Translations under genes and position numbers: made by a program
Origin: Dictyostelium discoideum
Taxonomy: Eukaryota
Direction of reading: 5' to 3'
Assembly: GCA_000004695.1 (NCBI GenBank)
Contig: CM000150.2
Location: 736,001-800,000, forward strand
Length of the DNA: 64,000 bases
In this document: one piece after another, positions 10,953-22,334 of the stretch
Numbering within the stretch: the first letter of the stretch is position 1
Layout of the letters: each line of letters opens with the position of its first letter
Notes under the pieces: model-generated
Databases searched by the model: none
What the model saw: only the letters and a program-made list of their open reading frames with translations
What the model was told of the DNA's origin: nothing

Positions 10953-13568
10953 TTAAATATTTAATCTTATAAATTCTAAAATAAAATCAATATTTTTATA
11001 AATTTTACCATTTGAATTTGTTTTATTACAATTCATTTTATAATCTGAAAATGATTTTATAAATTGATTTATTTCGTGATTTGTAACTAAGCTATATTGG
11101 CAATCATAAACTGTACGTCGAGGGTATAACTGATAATCTTTTAAAAATCTTTTAATATTATCAATTGATAATGTCGAAAATACACTATTAATATCATAAA
11201 TATAATTAAAATATGATTTTCCTCTTGGTATTGATAAAGGATCATTGTGATTCCAACATGTAAATTCTATTTGGTCTGGTTTTAAAATTCCATTTAAAAT
11301 TTTTGATTCTAAAAACTTATCAAATTTATAATTTCTTTCTAAATTATTACTTATTATTAATTGTATTGAAGCCATTTGATGATCATGATTTGTTGAAAGA
11401 ATTAAATTATTTGTAATTATAATTTTATTAAATGTATAATTAATTAAATCCCAATCATTTGTTTCACTAAACTTTTGTAATGATTGGTTATTAAATTTAA
11501 AACCTAATTCTTCATAAAGATACTTTGCAGTTTTTAATGATTTTGAATAATTTATATAAGAATTTATACCTTTACAACCAATATTATCAAAACAGAATTT
11601 TACAAGTTCTAAATTATCTTTTTCAATAAAATTTGAATAAACTTGTTTACTACCCCAATCAGTAAATAAATTATTAAAGTTATTAAAAAAATATTTAAAT
11701 AAGGTTGGATTATTAATTAAAAGCATTGAGTTTAATTGTTTTTTAATACCACCATTTAAGAAATAATTCTGATTATTATTTTTAATAAATATACCTAGTT
11801 CATTCATAAATTCAATTGTTACATTTAAATCTGAATCTTGAATAACACTTTTAAGAACTTGAATTCTTTCATTCTCTGTTGAAAAACCAGAATTAATATT
11901 ATAAAGAGTACCTAAAAAATTCAATTTTTGTTTAATTGAAAATTCTTTATAACAATTTAATGGTATATTATAATCGAATTCCTCATCCAATTCTAAAAGT
12001 GATCCATCATCAAAACCTGGAAATAATTGATTTAACATTCCAAATAAAATTGAGTCATAATTAATTTTTGAACAATTTAAAATTATTCTAAATAATGAAT
12101 GATTTGTTAATTTATATTTATTTAATATTTCATTTTTATTATTAAAGAATTCCTTTTTAATTTTATCATATTCTTTATACTCTGAATAAAATTGAATAAT
12201 TAAACAAACAATTCTATGTTGCCAATCCATATCATTTTCAAATCCATTAATTCTTTTTAAAAAATCAAAAATAAAAATTCTTTTAATTTCTCTTTCGAAA
12301 TCAAAATTATTAAAATTAATTTCTAAAAGTTTTTCATGTGATGAATATTTTGAAATTAATTTTTTAATAAAATTATTTGAATTTTTATAATCTTTATCAA
12401 TTTCTTTTTCTTTATTATTATTTATTGTATTATAATTATTATTATATTCAATTAATTTATTAATTTTTTTAAAAATTAATTCAAAAATTGTTGTTGAAAT
12501 ATTATTTGATAAATTATTATTATTATTATTAATTCCCACAAACACCAAAGATTTAAAATAATTTAAAAATTGATTAAATGGTGAAATTTCATTACTATCT
12601 TTTAATGATAATGGTGAAATTTCATTTAATAGTAAACTAATAAATTCTTCAAATGGTTGATCATTAATTTTTAAACTTTTAATTAAATTATTATTTGAAG
12701 ATATTAATTTTTTAAAAATATTAAATTCTAATTTCATAATATATGTATTGAATTCAACAAAAATTGACCTAACCAATGATTGTGGAAATAAAGGATCATT
12801 TGATTTATAACCAATTTCATCTAATAAAAAAGTTACTACATTATCTCTATTATCCGATAATAAACTATAATATAATAATTTTTCATAATCATCATCGTCA
12901 TTAAATTTTAATTGAAATGAATTAAATAATAATTTTATAATCTCTAAATTTCCAAGTTTTAATGAAATTTTAAAAAAATCTTTTAAATCTTTTTCAATAT
13001 CAATATTATTATTATTTTGGGTGGTTGAAGATGATGATGATAAATAATCATTAAAAATCAATTTGACAAAATATGGATTTTGTGTTAAAATTGAAAAAGG
13101 TAAAATTCCAAAACTTTTAAAATAAGTTCCTTTGTGTGAATAATGATATGTTTTTAATCTTGAACTATTTGATTTATAGAATTTTTCTAATAGTTGATCT
13201 CCATCTTCAATGATGGTATGTAGAGTTATTATTAATTCTCTTAATATTAAATAATTTGAAATTTCATATTCATCCCATTGAAAATTAATTTTAATTTTAT
13301 CTTTTAATAGTTCATAATTCTTTGTTGTAAATATCCAACTTAAAGTTGCCTCTCCATATCCTCTTCTATTAATTGGTGTTATGAATTCATTAAAATCCAA
13401 TAATGTTGTACTAATTGGGAGTCCATTAAAATCATATAATTTTGTTTTTTGAATTGTCAAACAATTTCCTTGTTTTTCTTTATTTATAATTTTTACAAAT
13501 TTATATATTTTTTTTAATAAATATTTATTATCAAAAACTTCTTTAAATAATTTATAATTTATATCCAT
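10953..13568 (-). CDS. Hypothetical protein, 871 aa, no recognisable catalytic motifs (Dictyostelium-type orphan, N/K/I-rich)
   Basis: Long uninterrupted minus-strand ORF with ATG at 13568. It sits between retroelement sequences and the tRNA-Asn gene. Confidence 0.5.
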   Translation of the reverse strand: MDINYKLFKEVFDNKYLLKKIYKFVKIINKEKQGNCLTIQKTKLYDFNGLPISTTLLDFNEFITPINRRGYGEATLSWIFTTKNYELLKDKIKINFQWDEYEISNYLILRELIITLHTIIEDGDQLLEKFYKSNSSRLKTYHYSHKGTYFKSFGILPFSILTQNPYFVKLIFNDYLSSSSSTTQNNNNIDIEKDLKDFFKISLKLGNLEIIKLLFNSFQLKFNDDDDYEKLLYYSLLSDNRDNVVTFLLDEIGYKSNDPLFPQSLVRSIFVEFNTYIMKLEFNIFKKLISSNNNLIKSLKINDQPFEEFISLLLNEISPLSLKDSNEISPFNQFLNYFKSLVFVGINNNNNNLSNNISTTIFELIFKKINKLIEYNNNYNTINNNKEKEIDKDYKNSNNFIKKLISKYSSHEKLLEINFNNFDFEREIKRIFIFDFLKRINGFENDMDWQHRIVCLIIQFYSEYKEYDKIKKEFFNNKNEILNKYKLTNHSLFRIILNCSKINYDSILFGMLNQLFPGFDDGSLLELDEEFDYNIPLNCYKEFSIKQKLNFLGTLYNINSGFSTENERIQVLKSVIQDSDLNVTIEFMNELGIFIKNNNQNYFLNGGIKKQLNSMLLINNPTLFKYFFNNFNNLFTDWGSKQVYSNFIEKDNLELVKFCFDNIGCKGINSYINYSKSLKTAKYLYEELGFKFNNQSLQKFSETNDWDLINYTFNKIIITNNLILSTNHDHQMASIQLIISNNLERNYKFDKFLESKILNGILKPDQIEFTCWNHNDPLSIPRGKSYFNYIYDINSVFSTLSIDNIKRFLKDYQLYPRRTVYDCQYSLVTNHEINQFIKSFSDYKMNCNKTNSNGKIYKNIDFILEFIRLNI

Positions 13569-13620
13569 TTTTTTGATTTTTTAAAAATTAAAAAAAAAAA
13601 AAAATTAAAAAAATATCTAT

Positions 13621-13820
13621 TTTTTTTTTTTTTTTTTTTTTTATTTTTAAAATTGGTTCCATTTGATTTGATTATAACCAATATTATCAAAACAAAATTT
13701 TACAAGTTCTAAACTACCATCAATAATAAAAATAGAAAAAATTTGTTCACTACCCCAATCAGCAAATAAATTTTTGAAATTATTAAAAAAATATTTAAAT
13801 AAGGTTGGATTATTAATTTT
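13621..13820 (-). repeat. Retro-copied 145-bp fragment of the 10953-13568 CDS (copy of 11578-11718) preceded by a T30 tract; part of a chimeric retroelement insertion
   Basis: 13676-13820 is ~90% identical to 11578-11718. It is flanked by T-runs (13621-13650 and 13825-13852). Confidence 0.6.
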
Positions 13821-13821
13821 T

Positions 13822-13824
<3 letters not shown>

Positions 13825-13857
<33 letters not shown>

Positions 13858-13958
13858 TGGATTAACAAGATTGATATATGTCCATCTGTATTTATAGGCT
13901 TATCATTTAAGCTGAAGGGTTATTTTAATCATATGAATTGATCAAAAGATATAATAAT
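13825..13958 (-). mobile_element. 5'-truncated TRE fragment (3' UTR + poly(A), minus orientation) identical in sequence to the 3' end of TRE copy 2 (10449-10603)
   Basis: T28 followed by the exact reverse complement of 10449-10572 (aatattggattaacaagattgatatatgtccatctg...catatgaattgatcaaaagatat). It lies ~75-200 bp downstream (in tRNA orientation) of tRNA-Asn. Confidence 0.8.
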
Positions 13959-13992
13959 TTTTAATTTTTAATTGTTTAATAAAACTATTCAA

Positions 13993-14005
13993 AGAGTCGA
14001 ACCCT
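13993..14005 (-). promoter_or_regulatory. External B-box (ex-B box) downstream of tRNA-Asn: AGGGTTCGACTCT on the tRNA strand, next to a 7-bp inverted repeat (AACCCTT/AAGGGTT)
   Basis: Matches the pol III B-box consensus GGTTCGANTCC ~30 nt past the tRNA 3' end. A T4 terminator (cgaaATTTTg) lies right after the tRNA. Confidence 0.55.
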
Positions 14006-14032
14006 TGATTTAAGGGTTGTTCAACAAAATTT

Positions 14033-14105
14033 CGCCTAGACATGGGATCGAACCATGGACCTAGCGGTTAACAGCCGCTCGCTCTGCCTACTGAGCCATC
14101 CAGGC
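14033..14105 (-). tRNA. tRNA-Asn (anticodon GUU), 73 nt, no intron
   Basis: Reverse complement GCCTGGATGGCTCAGTAGGCAGAGCGAGCGGCTGTTAACCGCTAGGTCCATGGTTCGATCCCATGTCTAGGCG folds as a cloverleaf: 7-bp acceptor stem (one G-U), D-stem GCTC/GAGC, anticodon stem AGCGG/CCGCT with loop CTGTTAA, T-stem CATGG/CCATG with TTCGATC loop, discriminator G. Confidence 0.9.
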
Positions 14106-14149
14106 ATTTTTGATGAAAATTGTAATATTTAAATGATATTGTATGTAAA

Positions 14150-14509
14150 AACACAAACCATCTACAAATTGCACTAGTAGCCAATTTAATAGCTATTATA
14201 TTCGAAAAAATCTGGCACAAAAGAAATAAACTCATTCATGATGAAAAAGAAATAATAATTCACAGACAACAAGTCATACGTGAACTAATTAAAACACAAA
14301 GAGCTGCATGGGACAGGACACAAGCGGTTATAAACAAAACATTAAGAATCAAATCAAAGCAACGGCCAGAAGAACAAAATAAATTAGACTCACTAATCTC
14401 GCTAAAGCTATTACAATTTAGCAGACAATGGAACTCACCTCTTCACGCAATAGAACTTCCTAAACATCTCAAAAAATACAATAATTCACTCAGTACTTTC
14501 TATAAATAA

Positions 14510-14563
<54 letters not shown>

Positions 14564-14569
14564 GGAACC
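14150..14569 (+). mobile_element. 5'-truncated non-LTR retroelement fragment (ORF2 C-terminal remnant + 3' UTR + ~55-nt poly(A)) directly upstream of tRNA-Asn in divergent orientation
   Basis: Open frame ...LIAIIFEKIWHKRNKLIHDEKEIIIHRQQVIRELIKTQRAAWDRTQ...KHLKKYNNSLSTFYK* resembles TRE ORF2 C-termini. Long A-tract at 14512-14569. It starts ~45 bp from the tRNA 5' end. Confidence 0.55.
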
Positions 14570-14699
14570 CAAGTTAATCAGAAAATTTCCAGATTTTTAA
14601 CTTTTTAAAGAAAAATAAAAAAAATAGAAAGAAAATAAAATGAAAATCACAAACAACACCACAAATATTAAGCTACACAAATGCCTACAAAAAATAAGC

Positions 14700-14854
14700 G
14701 AAATTGTGGATAAAACTCAATTAAAAAAAAAACAATTCAAATACGTCATAAACATCAATCACGAACCAGACGATAAAATAAAAAAAGATTTAGAAAAAAG
14801 TTTGAACAAAAAAGATGTTTTAATCAAAAGTAATAATACATTCAAAATTCGAAA

Positions 14855-14902
<48 letters not shown>

Positions 14903-15300
14903 TAAACCAACCCCTCTTTTAGAGACCCTGTAAAAAAAAAAAAAATAAAATAAAATAAAATGAGATCTAGCATCTCAAGGAGAAGCAAATAATAATTGCG
15001 TTATCCAATTCAAAAAAAAAAGTATGTAAAAACACTCAAATAAAACAATTCAAATATGTCAATCGCGAAGCAGACGATAAATAAGATTAGAAAAAGGTTT
15101 GGACAAAAAGATGTTTAAATCAAAAGTATTAAAAAAAAGTAAACACCCCCTCTTTTAGAGACCCTGTAAAAAATATTACAAATAAAATGAGATCCAGCAT
15201 CTCAAGGAGAAGAAAATAATAATTGAGTTATCCAATTATTCAAAAAAAAAAAAAAGTATGTAAAAAATTCAATTCCTTTTGTCTTTGAAGAAAATGTGAT
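14700..15300 (+). repeat. Tandem, degenerate ~230-330-bp repeat units each beginning near gtatgtaaaaaca and ending in an A-run (unit 14700-15020, unit 15021-15256, partial third)
   Basis: 14715-14990 aligns with 15033-15240 (caattcaaata[c/t]gtca...gacgataaa...gatgttt[t]aatcaaaagta...cctcttttagagaccctgtaaaaa...atgagatc[t/c]agcatctcaaggagaag.aaataataattg.gttatccaatt). The listed ORF 14640-14933 lies inside a unit and is not a gene. Confidence 0.6.
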
Positions 15301-16354
15301 GGTTCTTTACATTATTAAAATTAGTAACTCAATTATTATAATTATTTATTTCCAAAATTAGTTATTAGAAATTATATATTCTTAAACCAGAATATTACTA
15401 CAAATAAAATATGTTAAACAAATAAATAAATAATTGATTAATTAATTAATTAAATAAATTAAATTATTTTAAATTATTAAAGTTATATAAATAAAATAAG
15501 ATATTCATTAAATTCAAAATAAAAATAAAAAAAAATTATTTTTTTAATTCAGAAGAAAAAAAAAAAAAAAAAAAAATAATAACAAAATATTAATAAATAA
15601 AAAAAAAAAAAAAAAATAAATAAAAAAAAAAGAATTTTATTCTTCTATTTGGATTTTAAATTAGATATTTTAAAAAAAAAAAAAAAAATTAAAAAAAAAA
15701 TTCCCACTTGCGTGTGAATTATTTTTTTATAATAACTTAAAATGGTTACTAACATCAGATCTTGACATTTATAGACAGATTCACATGTCATTTTTTTTTT
15801 TCCTGGCAAATTTAATTTAAAAAAATAAAAATTAAATTAAAAAAAATTAATTTTTAAAAATAAATTTATTTTTCAAATTCGGTTTGAGAAAATAATATTA
15901 TTTTTAATTTTTTTTAATTTTTTTTTTTAAAAATAGAATATTACAAAGGTTTATTATCAACATCAACAACTTATAAAATGGTATCAACAAAATGGTTTTT
16001 TACAGTAAAACTGAAAATAGAACCTAACATTATATGATTACAACTTAAATATTTTTGGTTTTAAATTAAATAATCCCTCCCACTTTTATTTTAAAACTTA
16101 TTTGATCCACAAACACACAAACATTTTTTTACCCAGGGGGAAATAGATTTTTTATTTTTTTTATTTTTTTTTTTTTTTTTTTTTTTTTTTCGTCAACGAG
16201 TCCATATTTTTTATTTTTAATTATTTTTTTTGGAAATATAAATTAATTTTTTTTTTCTTGTTCATTTATTTTTATTTATAGAATTAAATAATATATTAAA
16301 AAAAAAAAAAAAAAAAAAAATTAATTTATTTTTTAAAAAAAAAAAAAAAAAAAA

Positions 16355-19300
16355 ATGGATAGCAATGAAAATAAAAAAAATGGTGGTGATTCATTAGAAT
16401 TAAATATTATTAATAACAATAATGATAATAATAATAATAATGATAATAATAATAATTCAACAGAAGAACATATTGAATCTGTTGAACAAAGTATTAAAGA
16501 GTTTAATAATGTCGCAAATGAATTGGAAACAGAGTTTAGAGATTATTTAGTTGAAACTCATAAAAATGATGTTAATAATATTAAAAATGATATTGAAGCT
16601 CCACCATCAGGTGAATTTGAACCAGGAGGAGGTGCTGAAGATGAGGATTTTAAATTAAGAAACTATTTTAAACAATCAAAAGTGGATGCAATTCAAAATG
16701 GTGGCAAATTAAAAAAGATGGGTGTTTCTTTTAAAAATCTAACAGTTATTGGTAAAGGTGCTGATCAATCTGTTGTTTCAGATTTAGCAACTCCTTTCAC
16801 ATTTTTAATTTCAAAATTAAATGTTAAAAATTGGTAAGATATTTTTTTTTTTTTTTTTTTTTCAAACCCGAACCTTTCACAAAATTCTAAAACCATTTTT
16901 TCATTTTTTTTTTTTTTTTTTTATAAAGGTTTAAAAAATCAAAACCATCAACATTTGATATTTTGCATGATGTAAGTGGATTTTGTAAAGATGGTGAAAT
17001 GTTATTAGTTTTAGGTAGACCAGGATCAGGATGTTCATCATTATTGAGAACAATAAGTAATCAAACAGGATCTTATGTTGATGTACTTGGATCAGTTACC
17101 TATGGTGGTATTGATCAAAAGAAATGGGATAAATATAAGGCAGAATGTATTTATGTACCAGAGGAGGATACCCATTATCCAACTTTGACAGTACGTGAAA
17201 CATTAGAATTTGCATTGAAATGTAAAACACCAAGTAATCGTTTACCAAATGAAAAGAAACGTACATTCAGATCAAAAATCTTCAATTTATTATTGGGAAT
17301 GTTTGGTATGGTACATCAAGCAGAAACCATGGTTGGCAATGAATTTGTTAGAGGTTTATCAGGTGGTGAACGTAAAAGAATTACAATTGCAGAATCGATG
17401 GTATCAGCATCATCAATCAATTGTTACGATTGTTCAACTCGTGGTCTTGATGCAGCATCAGCATTGGATTATGCAAAATCCATTCGTATTATGTCTGATA
17501 CATTACATAAAACAACCATTGCATCATTCTATCAAGCATCAGATTCAATCTATAATTTATTCGATCGTGTATTAATTCTTGAAAAAGGTAGATGTGTTTA
17601 TTTTGGTCCAGTTGGTTTGGCAAAACAATATTTCATTGATATGGGATTCGAATGTGAACCAAGAAAATCCACACCCGATTTCTTAACTGGTGTAACCAAC
17701 CCACAAGAGCGTAAAGTTAGACCAGGTTTTACAGTACCAGAATCATCAGCAGAATTTGAAGAAGCTTGGAAACAATCTGAAATCTATGCTCAATCATGTC
17801 AAGAACAAAGAGAATACGAGAAATTAATTGAGATTGAACAACCATCAATTGATTTCATTCAAGAGATTACTGAACAAAAGAGTAAATCTACAAGTAAATC
17901 ATCACCTTATACAACTGGTTTCTTTGTTCAAGTGATTGCATTAACAATTAGAAATTTTCAAATTATTTGGGGTGATAAATTCTCTTTGATCTCAAGATAC
18001 TCTTCTGTTTTGGTTCAAGCACCAATTTATGGTAGTGTTTTCTTTGCAATGTCAAATTCAATCGATGGAGCATTCACAAGAGGTGGTGCAATCTTTTCAT
18101 CAATCTTATTCAATGCTCTACTTTCAGAACAGGAGCTTAGTATTACCTTCACAGGAAGAAGAATACTTCAAAAACATAAAACCTATGCAATGTATAGACC
18201 AGCAGCATTACATTTTGCTCAAATCATTACAGAGATACCAATTATTATGATTCAAGTTTTCCTTTTCTCAATTGTTACCTACTTTATGTTTGGTTTAGAT
18301 TCAAGTGGTTCAAAATTCTTTATCAATTGTTTCACATTGATTGGTTTTACATTGGCAACAAATAACCTCTACAGATTAGCAGGTAATTTAACACCATCGG
18401 TTTACATTGGTCAAAATATTATGAATGTATTATTTTTAACAATGATGACATTCACTTCATACATCATTCCATATCATCAAATGCCAGTTTGGTTTGGTTG
18501 GTATCATTATTGTAATCCATTCTCATTTGCATTTAGAGCATTGATGGGTAATGAATTTAATGGCTTGAAATTTGATTGTATTGAAGATGCAATTCCAAAA
18601 GGTGAATTTTATCAAAATGAAACCTTTACACCCTATAGATCCTGTGCAACCACTGCAGCTGAACCAGGTCAACTTTATTTCACAGGTGAACGTTATTTAG
18701 AGAAATCATTTGGTTGGGAAATTAAACCATCAACTCAAGGATTCATAGCATACAATATTTGTATAGTCTATGGATTTTGGATACTATTTATCATTTGCAA
18801 TTGTATAGTTTTAAATATTATCGATTGGACAAGTGGTGGTTTCACTTGTAAAGTTTATCTCAAAGGAAAAGCACCAAAAATGAATGATGTAGAAAATGAA
18901 AAACAACAAAATCTATTGGTACAACAAGCAACCAACAATATGAAAGAATCTTTATCAATGCCTGGTGGTTTGTTCACTTGGCAACATATGTATTATTCTG
19001 TCCCAATTGGAGGTAATACTATGAAGTTATTATTGGATGACATTCAAGGTTGGATTAAACCAGGTCAAATGACAGCATTAATGGGTTCATCAGGTGCTGG
19101 TAAAACAACATTATTGGATGTTTTAGCTAAAAGAAAAACAACTGGTCAAGTTCAAGGTACAACATTATTAAACGGTAAACCATTGGAAATCGATTTCGAA
19201 CGTATTACAGGTTACGTTGAACAAATGGATGTTTTAAATCCAGCTTTAACCGTTAGAGAAACTTTAAGATTCTCTGCTAAACTTCGTGGTGAACCAACCA

Positions 19301-20877
19301 TATCATTGGAAGAGAAATTTAAATATGTTGAACAAGTATTGGAAATGATGGAAATGAAACATCTAGGTGATGCATTAATTGGTGATTTAGAAACTGGTGT
19401 TGGTATTTCAGTTGAAGAACGTAAACGTACAACAATCGGTGTTGAATTGGTTGCAAAACCACATATTCTTTTCCTTGATGAACCTACATCAGGTTTAGAT
19501 GCTCAATCATCTTATAATATTATTAAATTCATTCGTAAACTAGCAGATGCAGGTATGCCATTGGTTTGTACAATTCATCAACCATCATCAGTATTATTTG
19601 AACATTTCGATCGTATTCTTTTATTAGCAAAAGGTGGTAAAACCGTTTATTTTGGTGATATTGGTGAGAAATCTAAAACGTTAACATCCTATTTCCAACG
19701 TCATGGTGTTAGAGAATGTAGTGATAGTGAAAATCCAGCTGAATATATTCTTGAAGCATGTGGTGCTGGTCGTCATGGTAAATCTGTTGTCGATTGGCCA
19801 CAAGCTTGGAAAGAATCTCCAGAATATCAATCAATTTGTCAAGAATTGAAAGAACTTCAAGTCACTGGATCATCGTATGCCTCAATTCATGTTGATAATG
19901 GTAAACCAAGAGAATATGCAACTTCATTAACCTATCAAACCATTGAAGTCTATAAACGTTTGAATTTAATTTGGTGGAGATCACCAGGTTACTCCTATGG
20001 TACTTTTATTCAAAGTGCTTTGGTTGGTTTAATCAATGGTTGGACATTTTACAATTTACAAGATTCTGCAAACGATATGAATCAACGTATTTTCTTCATT
20101 TTCAATGTAACAATGCTTGGTATTCTCTTGATGTTTTTGGTTTTACCACAATTTATCACTCAACAAGATTACTTTAAACGTGACTATGCTAGTAAATTCT
20201 ACCATTGGTTACCATTTGCTTTGTCAATTATTGTGGTTGAATTACCTTTTGTTTTGGTTTCTGGTACAATTTTCTTTTTCTGTTCTTTCTGGACCGCTGG
20301 TTTAAATTCTGATGCCTCAACAAACTTTTTCTTTTGGCTTATATTCATGTTATTCCTATTCTATTGTGTTGGTTTCGGTCAAGCAATTGGTGCAGTTTGT
20401 ATAAATATCACGGTTGCTCTTAATCTTTTACCAGTTTTAATCATTTTCTTATTCCTTTTTTGTGGAGTTTTAGTTATTCCTGACCAAATTCCACACTTTT
20501 GGAAATGGGTTTATCATTTAAATCCATGTACTCACTTTTTAGAAGCTATGGTTACAAATGTTTTAAAACATGTTAATGTTGTTTGTACTACAGATGATTT
20601 AATTAAATTCGTTAAACCTTCTTCATTTTCAACTTGTTCAGATTATGCTTTTGAATTCTTAAATGGCTCAAATCATTCTGTCTCTGGTAGTGTTCAATCT
20701 TTAGGTGGTGACAATTGTGGTTATTGTCTCTATAAAAATGGTGAAGAATATTATTCAAAATTAGGTTGGTCCTATGATAATAGATGGCGTGGTTTTGGTA
20801 TTATTGCTGGCTATTTTGTACTAAATATATTTTTAGTAGTTTTATTTGTTTTCTTAACCAGAAAAGGTAAAAGATAA
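16355..20877 (+). CDS. ABC transporter, G family, full-size PDR type (NBD-TMD-NBD-TMD), ~1476 aa; exons 16355-16833 and 16929-20877, one 95-nt intron (gtaag...ataaag)
   Basis: Walker [10 protein letters not shown] and GSSGAGKTT, signatures [11 protein letters not shown] and [10 protein letters not shown], Walker [12 protein letters not shown], two 6-TM blocks. Exon 1 ends phase 2 and frame continuity is restored at 16929. Confidence 0.9.
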
Positions 20878-20984
20878 AAAAAAAAAAACATTTAAGTTAT
20901 CATTCATTTAAAAAAAAAAAAAAAAAAAATATATAATAAAAAAAATATTCCCCCTCCCCAAATTGATAATCATTTTATTATTAT

Positions 20985-21026
<42 letters not shown>

Positions 21027-21993
21027 AAAAAATATATTTTTAGAAATCTTAATAATTATAATATTTACTTGGTCTTTTAGTAGTATTTAAAAAAGAAATA
21101 AACCAAACTTTTAATTAAAAAAATAATAAAAATAAATGAAATTATTAGATACTCAAAATAAATTATTTAATATCCATCATTAAGATAAAAATATTGAATT
21201 TAATTATTCAATCTGATAATTATTAATATTTTTATCGTTTCTCAATTTTCTTTTTCATTTTTTTTTTTTTTTTTTCAAATATTCTTTTTTTAATTTTTTT
21301 TATTTTTTTAATTTTTTTTTTTTTTTTTTTGGGAGGTTATAATTTCTCAAATTCTTAATACCTGCGTGGTAAAAAAAAAAGATATTGACCCTTATAACAA
21401 ATGTTTATAATAATAACATTTTTGTAAAGATCATCTTCGTTTATTTTAGGAAAATAATCTCAAAGGATATTATCTGGTTGGGATTTTTGATTTCTCAAAA
21501 ATTCAAAAAAAAAAAATGAATAAATAAATAAAAAAATAAAAATAAATTTGACGACCTTTGGTTCGATTAGTTCTGACTTTGTTAGCCTAAAAAAACAAAA
21601 ATAATAATTTTTACTAATTTTTTTTTTTCAAATATTTAGTAAATTAATTTTTTTTAATTATTTTTAAAATAAATTTGTTATTCAATTCTAAAAAGGAAAT
21701 TCTTAGGTTTTTAACAATAATTTTCTTTTTTTTTTATTTTATTTTATTTTTTTTTTTTTTTGTTATGGTTTTTAATGGAAGTAGGAAACTTAACTGAAAA
21801 AAAAAAAAAAATCTGGACATGTAACCAACTGATTTTAGCCAAAAAAAAAAAAATAAAAAAATTAATAAAAAAATAAAAAACGAGACTAGAATTGGTGAAA
21901 AAAAGTTTATTATTGGCCCCCCTTCTAACAATTATTTTTAAAAAAAGCACAAGTGGCACATTCATATAATAAACCCAAATGAAGTACAACAAA

Positions 21994-22040
<47 letters not shown>

Positions 22041-22129
22041 AAAATATGAATTGGGTTACAACGTCCGATTATCGAGTTTTTAATTACTGGGTCACATTAA
22101 CCTACAAAATTGGAAACAATGAAAATGTT

Positions 22130-22165
<36 letters not shown>

Positions 22166-22301
22166 TTACACAGCTGGATTTTTGTTTCAAATCTTGAACA
22201 AACGTTAAAAAAAAAAAAATTAAAAATAAATAATTAAAAAAATTATTGATCGCGAGGTTTTGAATTGTTTTTTGCTGTTGTTACGCCATAACTAAAAATA
22301 A

Positions 22302-22334
<33 letters not shown>

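Noticed and set aside
14640-14933. 97-aa ORF ending in a poly-K run
   Set aside because: It lies within one unit of a tandem degenerate repeat. The poly-K is a translated A24 tract, and the same sequence is repeated downstream with frame-breaking differences. It is more likely part of the retroelement 3' module.
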